A stretch of 64,000 nt of DNA from Acutalibacteraceae bacterium (GTDB lineage Bacteria > Bacillota > Clostridia > Oscillospirales > Acutalibacteraceae), in contig JAZUHE010000067.1 of assembly GCA_045641565.1 (NCBI GenBank), forward strand, positions 1,883-65,882. Direction: 5' to 3'. A model generated the notes under the pieces. The model saw nothing but the letters and a program-made list of their open reading frames with translations. It was not told the origin of the DNA and made no database searches. The position numbers and the translations under genes were made by a program. Positions 35,823 through 44,995 of the stretch are shown in pieces. Numbering within the stretch: the first letter of the stretch is position 1; every line of letters starts with the position of its first letter.

Positions 35823-37793
35823 ATGTCAAACATCAAAGGTACTATCATAAACGTAAAAGATTTTCTCAGCCAAGAAGTCGTTAGTATAAAGATTAGAGGC
35901 ACAGAAGAGAAGGTTTTTGAACTGGAAAAAGAACGAATATATGTCATTCCGGATTTTCAACGTGAGATTCGATGGTTGCCAGAAAACCTTATAGAACTGA
36001 TGAATGACATCTCACGCCGTGAAAAATTCCTTGGAAATCTAATTTTAACCAGGAATGAAAATAAAAAGTATTCTATAATTGATGGCCAGCAAAGGACGTC
36101 TATGTTGCTCATGCTAATTCAATTCGCTGTGACGAAGTATCGCGATGAGCTTCCAGCGCCCCCAGAGTTATGCATAATTGAGAATGAGAGCTTTCCGGAA
36201 TTTGGCGTTTTTCAAAAACACTGCTATTCATTTTCAGGAATGGAACCTGAACTTGCAGAAGAAGTGAAATCAAGCGACCAATATAAACAGGCTGAACGTT
36301 TTCAACTGTTATGGCAAACCATTGAGGATTCTGAAATCATTGCAGATTCATCATCCGCGCGAGATTTTTTAACCAACCTCTACCGTTGTGAATTTAATGT
36401 CATTTTGTCGGAAGAAGATTCCACGAATTATAGCATTGAGTATTTTCTGGATGTAAATTTAAAAGGCATAAAGTTAGACACTGAAGATATTTTTAAAGGT
36501 TATTTGTTTCATTTAGATCCAAGCGATGCATCACGTCAACTGTGGGTAGAAATGAAACGTAAATCATTGGAATTCAATGAGCTGTGCAAAACTTCACATT
36601 CCAAAAGCGATTGTTATCCGCTGATGAAATTGATAGAACATTTTTTATATTGCTATATCTATGACAACGAAAAATACAAGGATATCGTTTTTGGAGAGGA
36701 CTTCTGCCTAAAACAAAAAGTGCAAATAGACCGAACTATGCATTATACTGGAGAGCACATACTAAAGGTTATAAACAACAACAGATTTATTCGAGAGATG
36801 CTGGAAAAGATAATTAAATTCTTAACTATCGCTATCGATGTTGTGTCTAATTCGAGTCCTAGCACAAAATTAAAAGGGCTTTTTGTTGTGGACGATCCTA
36901 AAGAAAAAATAGATGACATTGATATATCTAATTTTTACACTTTTATAAAAATGGTTCTTATGGATAGAAAGGTAATTGTATCGAAAGCTGTTGTAATAAA
37001 ATACGCGCTAAACACGTTAATGAACACTTCTGACAACCAAAAAGAATCATACAAAAAGTTATATGCAGTACAGATGTTTGTTACTCTGTTTTCGCTGTTT
37101 GAAAATAAAAAAGGAATTGAGCCTGTAGAAAAAATATTGAAAGCAGCCAATTGGGATGAGGAAATACGTACCGCTATTACCATCTATTGCAGTAAAGATG
37201 CTATCGAAGAACGTAAGCGCAGCGCAGAGTTTAAATATAGTACAAACCCCGATAATGAACAGCAGAGGTATCATAGTATTGCTCTAGCAGCAGTATACAA
37301 CTTTTTTGTTTTCGATAAAAGTAAATTGGGTGTAAAAAAAGGAAAAGCCACGGATCTTAATGTTTTTCTTACTAACGACGAATTATTCAGTGTAGAGCAT
37401 TTTATCGTCAACGATTCGTTCAAAAGCAAGGTTAAGTATACAGATGCAGAAGATTATTACGAGTATGAATACCCGGCAGATGTTAAAAAGTATGCGGCAT
37501 CTATTTTTAATTTTATTTACATTCCGAGGGAACTTAATAAAGATTTAGGCAATAAACCCATTATGGATAAGTTAGCTATAGTATCTGTAGCTTCAACATC
37601 CTGCGAATACTCCAAAGTTGTTATTGATGCGGCAAGAGAATCATTCGAAGCTTTGCCGGCAATAAAAAAAGGAGCCGACGAAGATAATAAACGCGCGTTG
37701 GATAGGTATTTTGCTTACGAATTCAAGCAGCAATATGCAAATTTCGTTTCAATAATACTGAAAAATATCGCAAAAAAGTTTTGTGTTACATAA
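35823..37793 (+). CDS. DUF262 (ParB-like NTPase) plus DUF1524 (His-Me finger nuclease) protein, GmrSD/SspE-like
   Basis: N-terminal IPDFQREIRW and IIDGQQRT motifs. C-terminal VEHFIVN...FNFIYIPRELNKDLGNKP (HNH-like). The ATG at 35823 lies 6 nt after GAGGTG and 14 nt after the dndE stop. Confidence 0.8.
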   Translation: MSNIKGTIINVKDFLSQEVVSIKIRGTEEKVFELEKERIYVIPDFQREIRWLPENLIELMNDISRREKFLGNLILTRNENKKYSIIDGQQRTSMLLMLIQFAVTKYRDELPAPPELCIIENESFPEFGVFQKHCYSFSGMEPELAEEVKSSDQYKQAERFQLLWQTIEDSEIIADSSSARDFLTNLYRCEFNVILSEEDSTNYSIEYFLDVNLKGIKLDTEDIFKGYLFHLDPSDASRQLWVEMKRKSLEFNELCKTSHSKSDCYPLMKLIEHFLYCYIYDNEKYKDIVFGEDFCLKQKVQIDRTMHYTGEHILKVINNNRFIREMLEKIIKFLTIAIDVVSNSSPSTKLKGLFVVDDPKEKIDDIDISNFYTFIKMVLMDRKVIVSKAVVIKYALNTLMNTSDNQKESYKKLYAVQMFVTLFSLFENKKGIEPVEKILKAANWDEEIRTAITIYCSKDAIEERKRSAEFKYSTNPDNEQQRYHSIALAAVYNFFVFDKSKLGVKKGKATDLNVFLTNDELFSVEHFIVNDSFKSKVKYTDAEDYYEYEYPADVKKYAASIFNFIYIPRELNKDLGNKPIMDKLAIVSVASTSCEYSKVVIDAARESFEALPAIKKGADEDNKRALDRYFAYEFKQQYANFVSIILKNIAKKFCVT

Positions 37794-37811
37794 TACTTAT
37801 AGGAGATTAAT

Positions 37812-39794
37812 ATGCGCAACTTACGATCCTACTACTCTGCCACAATAGCAGATTTCCTAAGTCAGTCTGACCGAGAAATCCTCGGCATTATTCATGCCAA
37901 CGACATATCGGCGGAAACGACAATTCAACAGAGCAACACATGGGAGTCGGAAATTACGATTCTCAAGGATCAGTTGCGCACATTTTTAGACGGACGTATC
38001 ATCTTTGAGTACACTATACCACGCATGGGAAAACGAGTGGACGCTGTGGTGATATACCGGGACATCGTGTTTCTACTTGAGTTCAAGGTCGGAGACAAGG
38101 AGTACCGCGAGAGTACATATGATCAGGTTTATGATTATGCCCTGGACCTGCGGAACTTTCAGAAAGAAAGTCATGACAAACTGCTTGCCTGTCTGATGAT
38201 TTCTACCAGAGCACCGGAGCAACCGTGCGTTATAAACGAACGCAACCATATTATTGAGCCGATCCGTTGTAATGCAGAAAATATCGCTGCTGCCATTGAA
38301 ACGATCGTGGTGCAATATGACGAGCCGGCGTTTGATTACGAAGCGTGGGAAAACTCGGAGTATTTGCCGACACCGACTATTGTTGAAGCGGCACAGGCGC
38401 TATACCGTGGGCACAATGTCCATGATATCACCCGCAGCGATGCCGGCGCCGAAAATCTTACAGTCACCACAGATGAAATCAACCGAATCATTGATTACAG
38501 CAAAGCCAATCACCGGAAGTCGATTTGCTTTGTTACCGGTGTACCCGGAGCAGGTAAAACGCTGGTTGGTCTTAATCTTGCTATACAGCGATCAGACGCC
38601 GCAGCCGGCGAGCACGCGGTATTTCTATCCGGCAATTTCCCGCTTGTAACAGTGTTACAAGAGGCACTCGCTAGAGATAAGGTGGCGCAGGAAAAAGAAG
38701 CCGGACGCCGACTTTCAAAAAATGATGCACTACGCAGTACGTCGGCATTCATTCAAATTATCCACAAATATCGTGATTCTTTCGTCGGTAACGAACATAT
38801 CCCGCCGGAGCGCGTCGCCATTTTTGATGAGGCACAGCGCGCGTGGACGAAGGATATGATTGCTAAGTTCATGCAGACGAAAAAAGGCGTACCGGACTTT
38901 GAATACAGCGAGCCGGAGTTCCTGATCAGTACTATGGACAGGCATCAGGACTGGGCTGTTATCATCTGTCTTGTCGGTGGCGGACAGGAGATCAACACTG
39001 GTGAAGCCGGACTGCCAGAATGGTTTGACTCACTGCGTCGTGCATTCCCACATTGGGACGTATATATCACGCCTCAGCTCAACGACGAGGAATATCGCCG
39101 CGAACGCGAATGGAACGACATGATTGCCTACCTGCAGATCTATGAGAATGCTGATCTGCACCTTGCCACCTCGGTACGGTCCTTCCGCACACCGGATTTG
39201 GCTGCATTCGTCAAGGCTGTGTTGGACGTTGACACTGATGCGGCAAAAGAATTATATACTCGCATTAAAGATAAGTACCCCATCGTGCTGACACGTGATC
39301 TGAACAAAGCAAAAGAGTGGGTGCGTAACCAGTGCCAAGGCACCACACGCTATGGTTTGCTTGCCAGTAGTGGAGCGCTTCGCCTAAAACCGGAAGGAAT
39401 TTTCGTGAAGAATGAGATCTCCGTGGCAAACTGGTTTCTGAACGGAAAAGACGACGTGCGATCCAGCTATTATCTGGAGGACGTCGTTTCGGAGTTCGAC
39501 ATTCAAGGCCTGGAACTGGATTATTCCATTGTTGCGTGGGACGCGGACTTCCGTTTCGACGGCGAGCAGTGGACCTATAATAATTTCGTTGGTAACCGCT
39601 GGATGAACGTTGCGTCTGAGGATCGCAAATTGTATCTGAAAAATGCCTACCGAGTACTTCTCACCCGTGCTCGTCAAGGAATGGTGATATTTATCCCGGA
39701 AGGTAGTGATGCGGATGGAACACGGAAGCGAGAATGGTATGATAGGACGTATGAGTATCTGCATGATATAGTGTCAAACGAATCACAGATATAG
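37812..39794 (+). CDS. DUF2075-family ATPase/helicase-like protein with an N-terminal nuclease-like region
   Basis: DAVVIYRDIVFLLEFKVG (PD-(D/E)xK-like), Walker A VTGVPGAGKT, FDEAQRAW, GGGQEINTGEAG, and VLLTRARQGMVIF. Confidence 0.8.
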   Translation: MRNLRSYYSATIADFLSQSDREILGIIHANDISAETTIQQSNTWESEITILKDQLRTFLDGRIIFEYTIPRMGKRVDAVVIYRDIVFLLEFKVGDKEYRESTYDQVYDYALDLRNFQKESHDKLLACLMISTRAPEQPCVINERNHIIEPIRCNAENIAAAIETIVVQYDEPAFDYEAWENSEYLPTPTIVEAAQALYRGHNVHDITRSDAGAENLTVTTDEINRIIDYSKANHRKSICFVTGVPGAGKTLVGLNLAIQRSDAAAGEHAVFLSGNFPLVTVLQEALARDKVAQEKEAGRRLSKNDALRSTSAFIQIIHKYRDSFVGNEHIPPERVAIFDEAQRAWTKDMIAKFMQTKKGVPDFEYSEPEFLISTMDRHQDWAVIICLVGGGQEINTGEAGLPEWFDSLRRAFPHWDVYITPQLNDEEYRREREWNDMIAYLQIYENADLHLATSVRSFRTPDLAAFVKAVLDVDTDAAKELYTRIKDKYPIVLTRDLNKAKEWVRNQCQGTTRYGLLASSGALRLKPEGIFVKNEISVANWFLNGKDDVRSSYYLEDVVSEFDIQGLELDYSIVAWDADFRFDGEQWTYNNFVGNRWMNVASEDRKLYLKNAYRVLLTRARQGMVIFIPEGSDADGTRKREWYDRTYEYLHDIVSNESQI

Positions 39795-39816
39795 GACAGT
39801 AAACGGAGGATTCATA

Positions 39817-41760
39817 ATGGCAAATAATGATATGATTATTATTGATAGCATTGTCCAAGATCGCCTTCTTGAAAAAGGATTGAAAGATACGGATAAAACC
39901 CGCGGTGCAGAATTCGAAGAGTTTGCTTTTCAAGAAATACTAAAAAGCTACGACATTTCTAATACTCAGCTTGTAGATGGAATTGTTGACGGTCAAGATG
40001 ATGGCGGAATAGATGGATTCTATATTTTTGTAAACGGGATTCCTGTTATTGACCCGGATGATTTTCCCTGGCCAAGAAGGAATGCAGAATTAGAAATTTA
40101 TATTATTACTTCAAAGCACCACGACACATATGAACTCGGCCCATTAGAAAGCTTAGATTCCACCCTATCCGAAGTTTTTAATCTGCGGTTAAGCACGGAT
40201 AAATTTTCTAGCAAATTAAATTCTAAAGTCATTTCCAAGAGGAATACACTGGTACATACATATCGTAAAATTGGACATATTCTAGAGAATTGCATAATTT
40301 CCATTATTTACGTCTCTCGAGGTGACAGTTCTCAAGTTGCACCTAATATTGCTGCCAAAGGTCAAAAAATCAAAAAAACCTGCATGGAGAATTTCACGGA
40401 TTGTGAAACCAAACTCTCTTTCTTGGGATCCAAGGAGCTTGTTTCGTTATATCGAAAGAAAAGAAATGCGCCGGTTTCTATTAAAATAACCGAATGTTTC
40501 CAAAGGAAAAGTGACTATGTAGCGCTGGTTACACTGAGTGATTACTATTCTTTCGTAACTGATGACCAAGGGAAGCTAAAACGCTATTATTTCGAGGAAA
40601 ATGTGCGGGATTATCTTGGGGCCAATCGAACAAACGTCGATATCCAAAATACTCTTTTAAATCCCGATTCGCCTGATTTTTGGCTATTGAATAACGGAGT
40701 TACAATCCTGGCTTCAAAGGCTATTTTATATGACAAACAACTTGAGGTGGAAAACGTTCAGATTGTAAATGGGCTTCAAACAACTAATGCAATTTATCAG
40801 CACTTTTTCAACAGAAAAGAAGAAAATGATAACAGGAGCCTATTAGTGAAAATCATATGTTCTTCGAATGAAGACGTCAGACACGAAATAATACAGGCCA
40901 CAAATAATCAGTCTGCAATTCCTTTGTACTCTCTTCATGCTACAGATAAAATACAAAAAGACATTGAAGACATAATGATCCAAAACGGTTTGTTTTACGA
41001 AAGGAAGATAAATTATTATAAAAATTTAGGTTATGACGAGGAGCAAATATTCGCGCCACTATATTTGGCTGGTGGATACGTAACATTGATAATGAAACTT
41101 CCATATGTAGCTGCCGTTCTTAAATCAAAGTTTATGAACGAGCCATCACAATATGTGAAAGTTTTCTCTCCAAAATCCGATTTAAGAGTTTGGCCAGCCA
41201 TCGCCAAAATACTCAGAAAAGTTGATAGTGTTGCCGAAGCAAATAGAGCAAAAATTAAAACAAGTTCAGAAAAATATCTAAAAACAGTTAGACCAATTAT
41301 TTCATTACTCTGTGTCGCACGTCTACAAGGAAAATTCAATTTTGGCGAAAATGATCTTATTCGTATGGATATAGAATTGTTGGATGATGCCCTTATCGCT
41401 GATGTAGTAAACGATTTGGTTAATCTAATAAACAGTGATGATTCCCTAAAATCAATAAAAAATATAGCAAATTATGGTAAGATTCGTGAGATTATAAAAA
41501 GTCTTGGAGAAAAGTATAAATTACCAGATTACATTACAATTGAAAAACGCAAAAGTTTCATTGTAAGCAATTATGAAATAACAGAAGATTTTTTAAACGA
41601 AGTAAGAGAATACTTGCCCGCCCAGCCCTGGCCAGCAGGAATTCATAAGGTAATAGCTGAGAAAATAGGAAGTACAAACTCAAAAGTATATCGTGCAATA
41701 GATGAATTAATTGAAAGAGGAATATTTCGAGCACAAATTGATGGAAAGGTAACAGACTAG
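39817..41760 (+). CDS. AIPR-family abortive-infection protein
   Basis: VRDYLGANRTNVDIQNTL...FWLLNNGVTILA...IVNGLQTT matches the remembered AIPR pattern. 647 aa. Confidence 0.75.
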   Translation: MANNDMIIIDSIVQDRLLEKGLKDTDKTRGAEFEEFAFQEILKSYDISNTQLVDGIVDGQDDGGIDGFYIFVNGIPVIDPDDFPWPRRNAELEIYIITSKHHDTYELGPLESLDSTLSEVFNLRLSTDKFSSKLNSKVISKRNTLVHTYRKIGHILENCIISIIYVSRGDSSQVAPNIAAKGQKIKKTCMENFTDCETKLSFLGSKELVSLYRKKRNAPVSIKITECFQRKSDYVALVTLSDYYSFVTDDQGKLKRYYFEENVRDYLGANRTNVDIQNTLLNPDSPDFWLLNNGVTILASKAILYDKQLEVENVQIVNGLQTTNAIYQHFFNRKEENDNRSLLVKIICSSNEDVRHEIIQATNNQSAIPLYSLHATDKIQKDIEDIMIQNGLFYERKINYYKNLGYDEEQIFAPLYLAGGYVTLIMKLPYVAAVLKSKFMNEPSQYVKVFSPKSDLRVWPAIAKILRKVDSVAEANRAKIKTSSEKYLKTVRPIISLLCVARLQGKFNFGENDLIRMDIELLDDALIADVVNDLVNLINSDDSLKSIKNIANYGKIREIIKSLGEKYKLPDYITIEKRKSFIVSNYEITEDFLNEVREYLPAQPWPAGIHKVIAEKIGSTNSKVYRAIDELIERGIFRAQIDGKVTD

Positions 41761-41804
41761 TCAGTTCATTCTTTTAACACTAATATGTTACGTTTCGGTG
41801 CTGC

Positions 41805-42702
41805 ATGAAAAAAGATAATTTCACTTTTGATGGAAAAGAAAGATGTGAAACCGTCATGGTTGAGAATGAAAAAATAGAATTATACGAAGATCAGCCGATC
41901 CGGACTGCGTGGAACGAAGTCGAAGAAGAATGGTATTTTTCTGTCGTTGATACTATCCGTGTTTTGACCGACAGCAAAGATCCATTGGCATACTGGAGAA
42001 AGCTGAAACAGCGGTTAATTAGCGAAGGCAATGAAACCGTGACAAATTGTCACGGTTTGAAAATGACTGCTGCCGACGGGAAAAAACGTCTTACCGACGT
42101 TGCCACCACGGAGCAGCTTCTTCGCATCATCCAGTCCATCCCATCAAAAAAAGCAGAGCCGTTCAAAATGTGGCTGGCACAGGTCGGACGCGAGCGAATT
42201 GAAGAAACCATCGATCCTGAGCTGACGATTGAGCGAGCGCTGGAGATATATCTTAAAAAAGGTTATTCGCGGGAGTGGATCAATCAACGTTTACAGGCTA
42301 TCCAAGTACGCAAGGAACTAACCGACGCAGAACCGTGGCGTCAAGGAAGGCGTGGAATACGCAATCCTGACCGACGAGATCACCAAAGCGTGGTCAGGTA
42401 TGTCCACGCGGCAGTATAAAAACCTCAAAGGGCTGAAAAAGGAAAACCTGCGGGACAATATGTCTACGCTGGAGCTCGTGCTCAACATGCTAGCCGAGGC
42501 AACCACGACAGAACTTTCCAAAACACATGAGCCACAGGGCCTTGCGGAGAATCAGAGTATTGCCCGTCAGGGTGGGCAGATCGCCGGAAATGCACGGAAA
42601 GAAATCGAAGAAAACACTGGGAGACCTATAATTACATCTAAAAACGCCACAGAACTCAACGCCGTGGTGACAAAACTGATCGAGGAAACCAGCAAGGAAT
42701 AA
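41805..42702 (+). pseudogene. Bro-N / DinD-like (DNA-damage-inducible protein D-like) gene with a +1 frameshift
   Basis: The N-terminal part (41805-42419 ORF) and the C-terminal part (42352-42702 ORF) are consecutive pieces of one protein. The second frame is open from 42322 (PTQNRGVKEGVEYAILTDE...), which places the shift at about 42322-42340. Confidence 0.7.
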
Positions 42703-42795
42703 TGCACTTGTTACTTTTCTCTTAACAATGCCCTTTTCGGGTAGCTATTTCCCGCCTTCTCTGGTATGTTTTGTGCTGTCAAAGGAGGTGGCACA

Positions 42796-43086
42796 ATGGA
42801 GAGCACTATTCAGGAATTGTATTACGGCAATATTCCGCTTTCGGATCGGGACTTCAAGAAAAATAGTGAGTACGCGCACATTTTGCAGCTTGTTTCTCGA
42901 CACGAAGAAAGCCTCATGAGTACCCTGACCGAAGCACAGAAAGAGATTTTCGAGAAGTTCAAAGACGGGACTGCGGAAATCGAAGGCATGACGGAAGTGG
43001 CGGCCTTTACCATCGGCTTCAAGCTGGGCCTGCGACTGACCGCAGAGGCATTTATCAGCGGCGAGCAAAACCTGATCGACGAATGA
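42796..43086 (+). CDS. Small hypothetical protein (about 96 aa) of a type common on Firmicutes mobile elements
   Basis: The ATG at 42796 lies 7 nt after AAGGAGGTG, and a terminator-like hairpin follows. Function unknown. Confidence 0.6.
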   Translation: MESTIQELYYGNIPLSDRDFKKNSEYAHILQLVSRHEESLMSTLTEAQKEIFEKFKDGTAEIEGMTEVAAFTIGFKLGLRLTAEAFISGEQNLIDE

Positions 43087-43183
43087 TCCCAACGCGTCGC
43101 ATCCGAGTGGGTGCGATTGCGTTTTCAAAAGATCGGAGTCATATGATAAGTATTAAAAATGATAATCAACTGCGCATCTGCCC

Positions 43184-43316
43184 CAGTCTAGCCCAATTTC
43201 GCGTAACTTTTCCTATATAATTCTTTACGCGCGACTTTATCAGAAATAGAAGCAGTAATAGCCAGTACCCCAGTATTAAGTCAAGGAACTTGCTAAGTTC
43301 CTTGTAATGGCTTTCT
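43184..43316 (+). repeat. ~125-nt hairpin-bearing repeat, copy A
   Basis: It aligns with copies B and C: ...TAACTTTTCCTATAT...ACGCGCGACTTTATCAGAAA.AGA...CAGTAATA...AGTAC. Hairpin AAGGAACTT-GCT-AAGTTCCTT at 43283-43303. Confidence 0.8.
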
Positions 43317-43344
43317 TTCAATACCCTCCGTCGCTGATGGCTGA

Positions 43345-43466
43345 ATCAGTTTGAGGCTGTTTCGCTGTAACTTTTCTATACTTCTTTTCATACGCGATTT
43401 TATCAGAAAAAGAATCAGGAATAGTAAGTACTTCAGTAAAGGAACTTTGTAAGTTCCTTTAGAATG
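43345..43466 (+). repeat. ~125-nt hairpin-bearing repeat, copy B
   Basis: Same unit, about 30 nt after copy A. Hairpin AAAGGAACTT-TGT-AAGTTCCTTT at 43438-43460. Confidence 0.8.
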
Positions 43467-43508
43467 ATATTTTATGCAGTGCGGAAAATATAGTCGTATA
43501 ACCGCAGC

Positions 43509-43730
43509 ATGCATATTAGTGGGACATTCAGCAAAAATCAGGACATTGAAGCCACAAAACAGGATATTGCCAGTGGAAAACAGGACATTGGAACAACACT
43601 TTCCCGTCACCAGCAAAAGCAATACGAAAAAATGGTCGCTTCATTTGGTAAGACCACTGTTTTCGGAAGAAGCGATATGGTTGCTGCTTTAGGTATCACA
43701 CCATCTCCGGCATCTGCATATTGGAAATAA
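43509..43730 (+). pseudogene. Possible remnant of a regulator/Fic-associated gene (QDI-repeat region plus a truncated wHTH-like tail)
   Basis: 73-aa ORF with KQDI repeats, ending ...FGRSDMVAALGITPSPASAYWK where homologues (from memory) continue. It is weakly supported as a functional gene. Confidence 0.3.
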
Positions 43731-43742
43731 TATAAATACGAG

Positions 43743-44609
43743 GTGCACAATATGATTAATAAAACCTCAATACGTTTTTTCGAAAATATCCCGGTACGCG
43801 CTGTTTGGGACGATGAAAGCTCCAAATGGTGGTTTTGTGCTATGGATATTGCCGAAGCACTGACAAAATCAAAAAATCCAAGGTCGTATTGGAATGCAAT
43901 CAAAAGGCGAAAAAATGAGTTGTCGACAATTTGTCGACAACTGAAATTAAAAGCGAAAGACGGCAAGTTTTACAATACCGATGTGGTAGATGAAAACAGC
44001 CTGAATACCGTTCTTGCACTTATTCCAAGCAAAAAATCCGATGTGTTCCAAAAGTGGATGAAAAACATGGAAACGTCGCTTGACGAGAAGAGTAAGCAAA
44101 AAGCCTATGAACTTTTTGAAAGCGGATTTATCGACAACATCGAAGTCGGCACGGCTAAAGGCTTGCAACAAATCCACGGCTATATTTTCGGCGGTCTTTA
44201 CGATTTTGCGGGACAGATCCGAACACTGAATATTGCAAAGGGCGGTTTCGCTTTTGCTCCAGCAATATACTTGGATGGAGCCCTTGCACATATTGAGGCG
44301 ATGCCGGAAAATACGCTGAATGAAATCGTGAGCAAATATGTGGAAATGAACGTGGCACATCCGTTCATGGAGGGTAACGGTCGCAGTACCCGCATCTGGC
44401 TTGACCTAATGCTGAAAAAGAACTTGAAAAAATGCGTGGATTGGAGCCAGATTGATAAGACGGAATACCTTGACGCCATGCGGGAGAGCGTGGATGATTC
44501 GCACCGGATATTTGAACTGTTGCAAAGCGCCCTGACTGATGATATCTATAACCGCGAGATCATTATGAAGGGCATAGACTATTCGTATTATTACGAGACA
44601 GAAGAATGA
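43743..44609 (+). CDS. Bro-N domain plus Fic (AMPylase/DOC) domain protein
   Basis: N-terminal [31 protein letters not shown] (Bro-N-like). The Fic motif is [23 protein letters not shown]. Confidence 0.8.
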   Translation: MHNMINKTSIRFFENIPVRAVWDDESSKWWFCAMDIAEALTKSKNPRSYWNAIKRRKNELSTICRQLKLKAKDGKFYNTDVVDENSLNTVLALIPSKKSDVFQKWMKNMETSLDEKSKQKAYELFESGFIDNIEVGTAKGLQQIHGYIFGGLYDFAGQIRTLNIAKGGFAFAPAIYLDGALAHIEAMPENTLNEIVSKYVEMNVAHPFMEGNGRSTRIWLDLMLKKNLKKCVDWSQIDKTEYLDAMRESVDDSHRIFELLQSALTDDIYNREIIMKGIDYSYYYETEE

Positions 44610-44632
44610 GAGGACAGCAAAGGAGGCAGACT

Positions 44633-44986
44633 ATGCAGTTTATTTGTTATCCCAAATGCACGACCTGCCAGAAGGCCAAGAAGTGGTTGGAGGAAAATGG
44701 TGTTGCGTTTGACGAGCGACACATCAAGGAAAACAATCCCACAGCCGAAGAGCTGCTGGCGTGGCACAAGAAAAGTGGATTGCCGCTGAAGAAGTTTTTT
44801 AACACCAGCGGTCTGCAGTATAAGGCACTGCAACTCAAGGACAAGCTGCCTGCCATGAGCGAGGGCGAACAGTTTGCGTTGCTCGCTTCGGACGGTATGC
44901 TGGTCAAGCGTCCGCTCTTGATCGGTGACGACTTCGTGATAGTGGGCTTCAAAGAGGCAGACTGGGTATCTGTCCTCGGAAAGTGA
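44633..44986 (+). CDS. ArsC/Spx-family protein (arsenate reductase-like)
   Basis: YPKCTTCQKAKKWLEENGV...LVKRPLL pattern. The ATG at 44633 follows AAGGAGG. Confidence 0.75.
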   Translation: MQFICYPKCTTCQKAKKWLEENGVAFDERHIKENNPTAEELLAWHKKSGLPLKKFFNTSGLQYKALQLKDKLPAMSEGEQFALLASDGMLVKRPLLIGDDFVIVGFKEADWVSVLGK

Positions 44987-44995
44987 GGGTATAAC

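Noticed and set aside
43293-43692. ORFs 43293-43622 (- strand, 109 aa) and 43474-43692 (+ strand, 72 aa)
   Set aside because: They are generated by, or run through, the repeat copies. They have no RBS and low-complexity translations.
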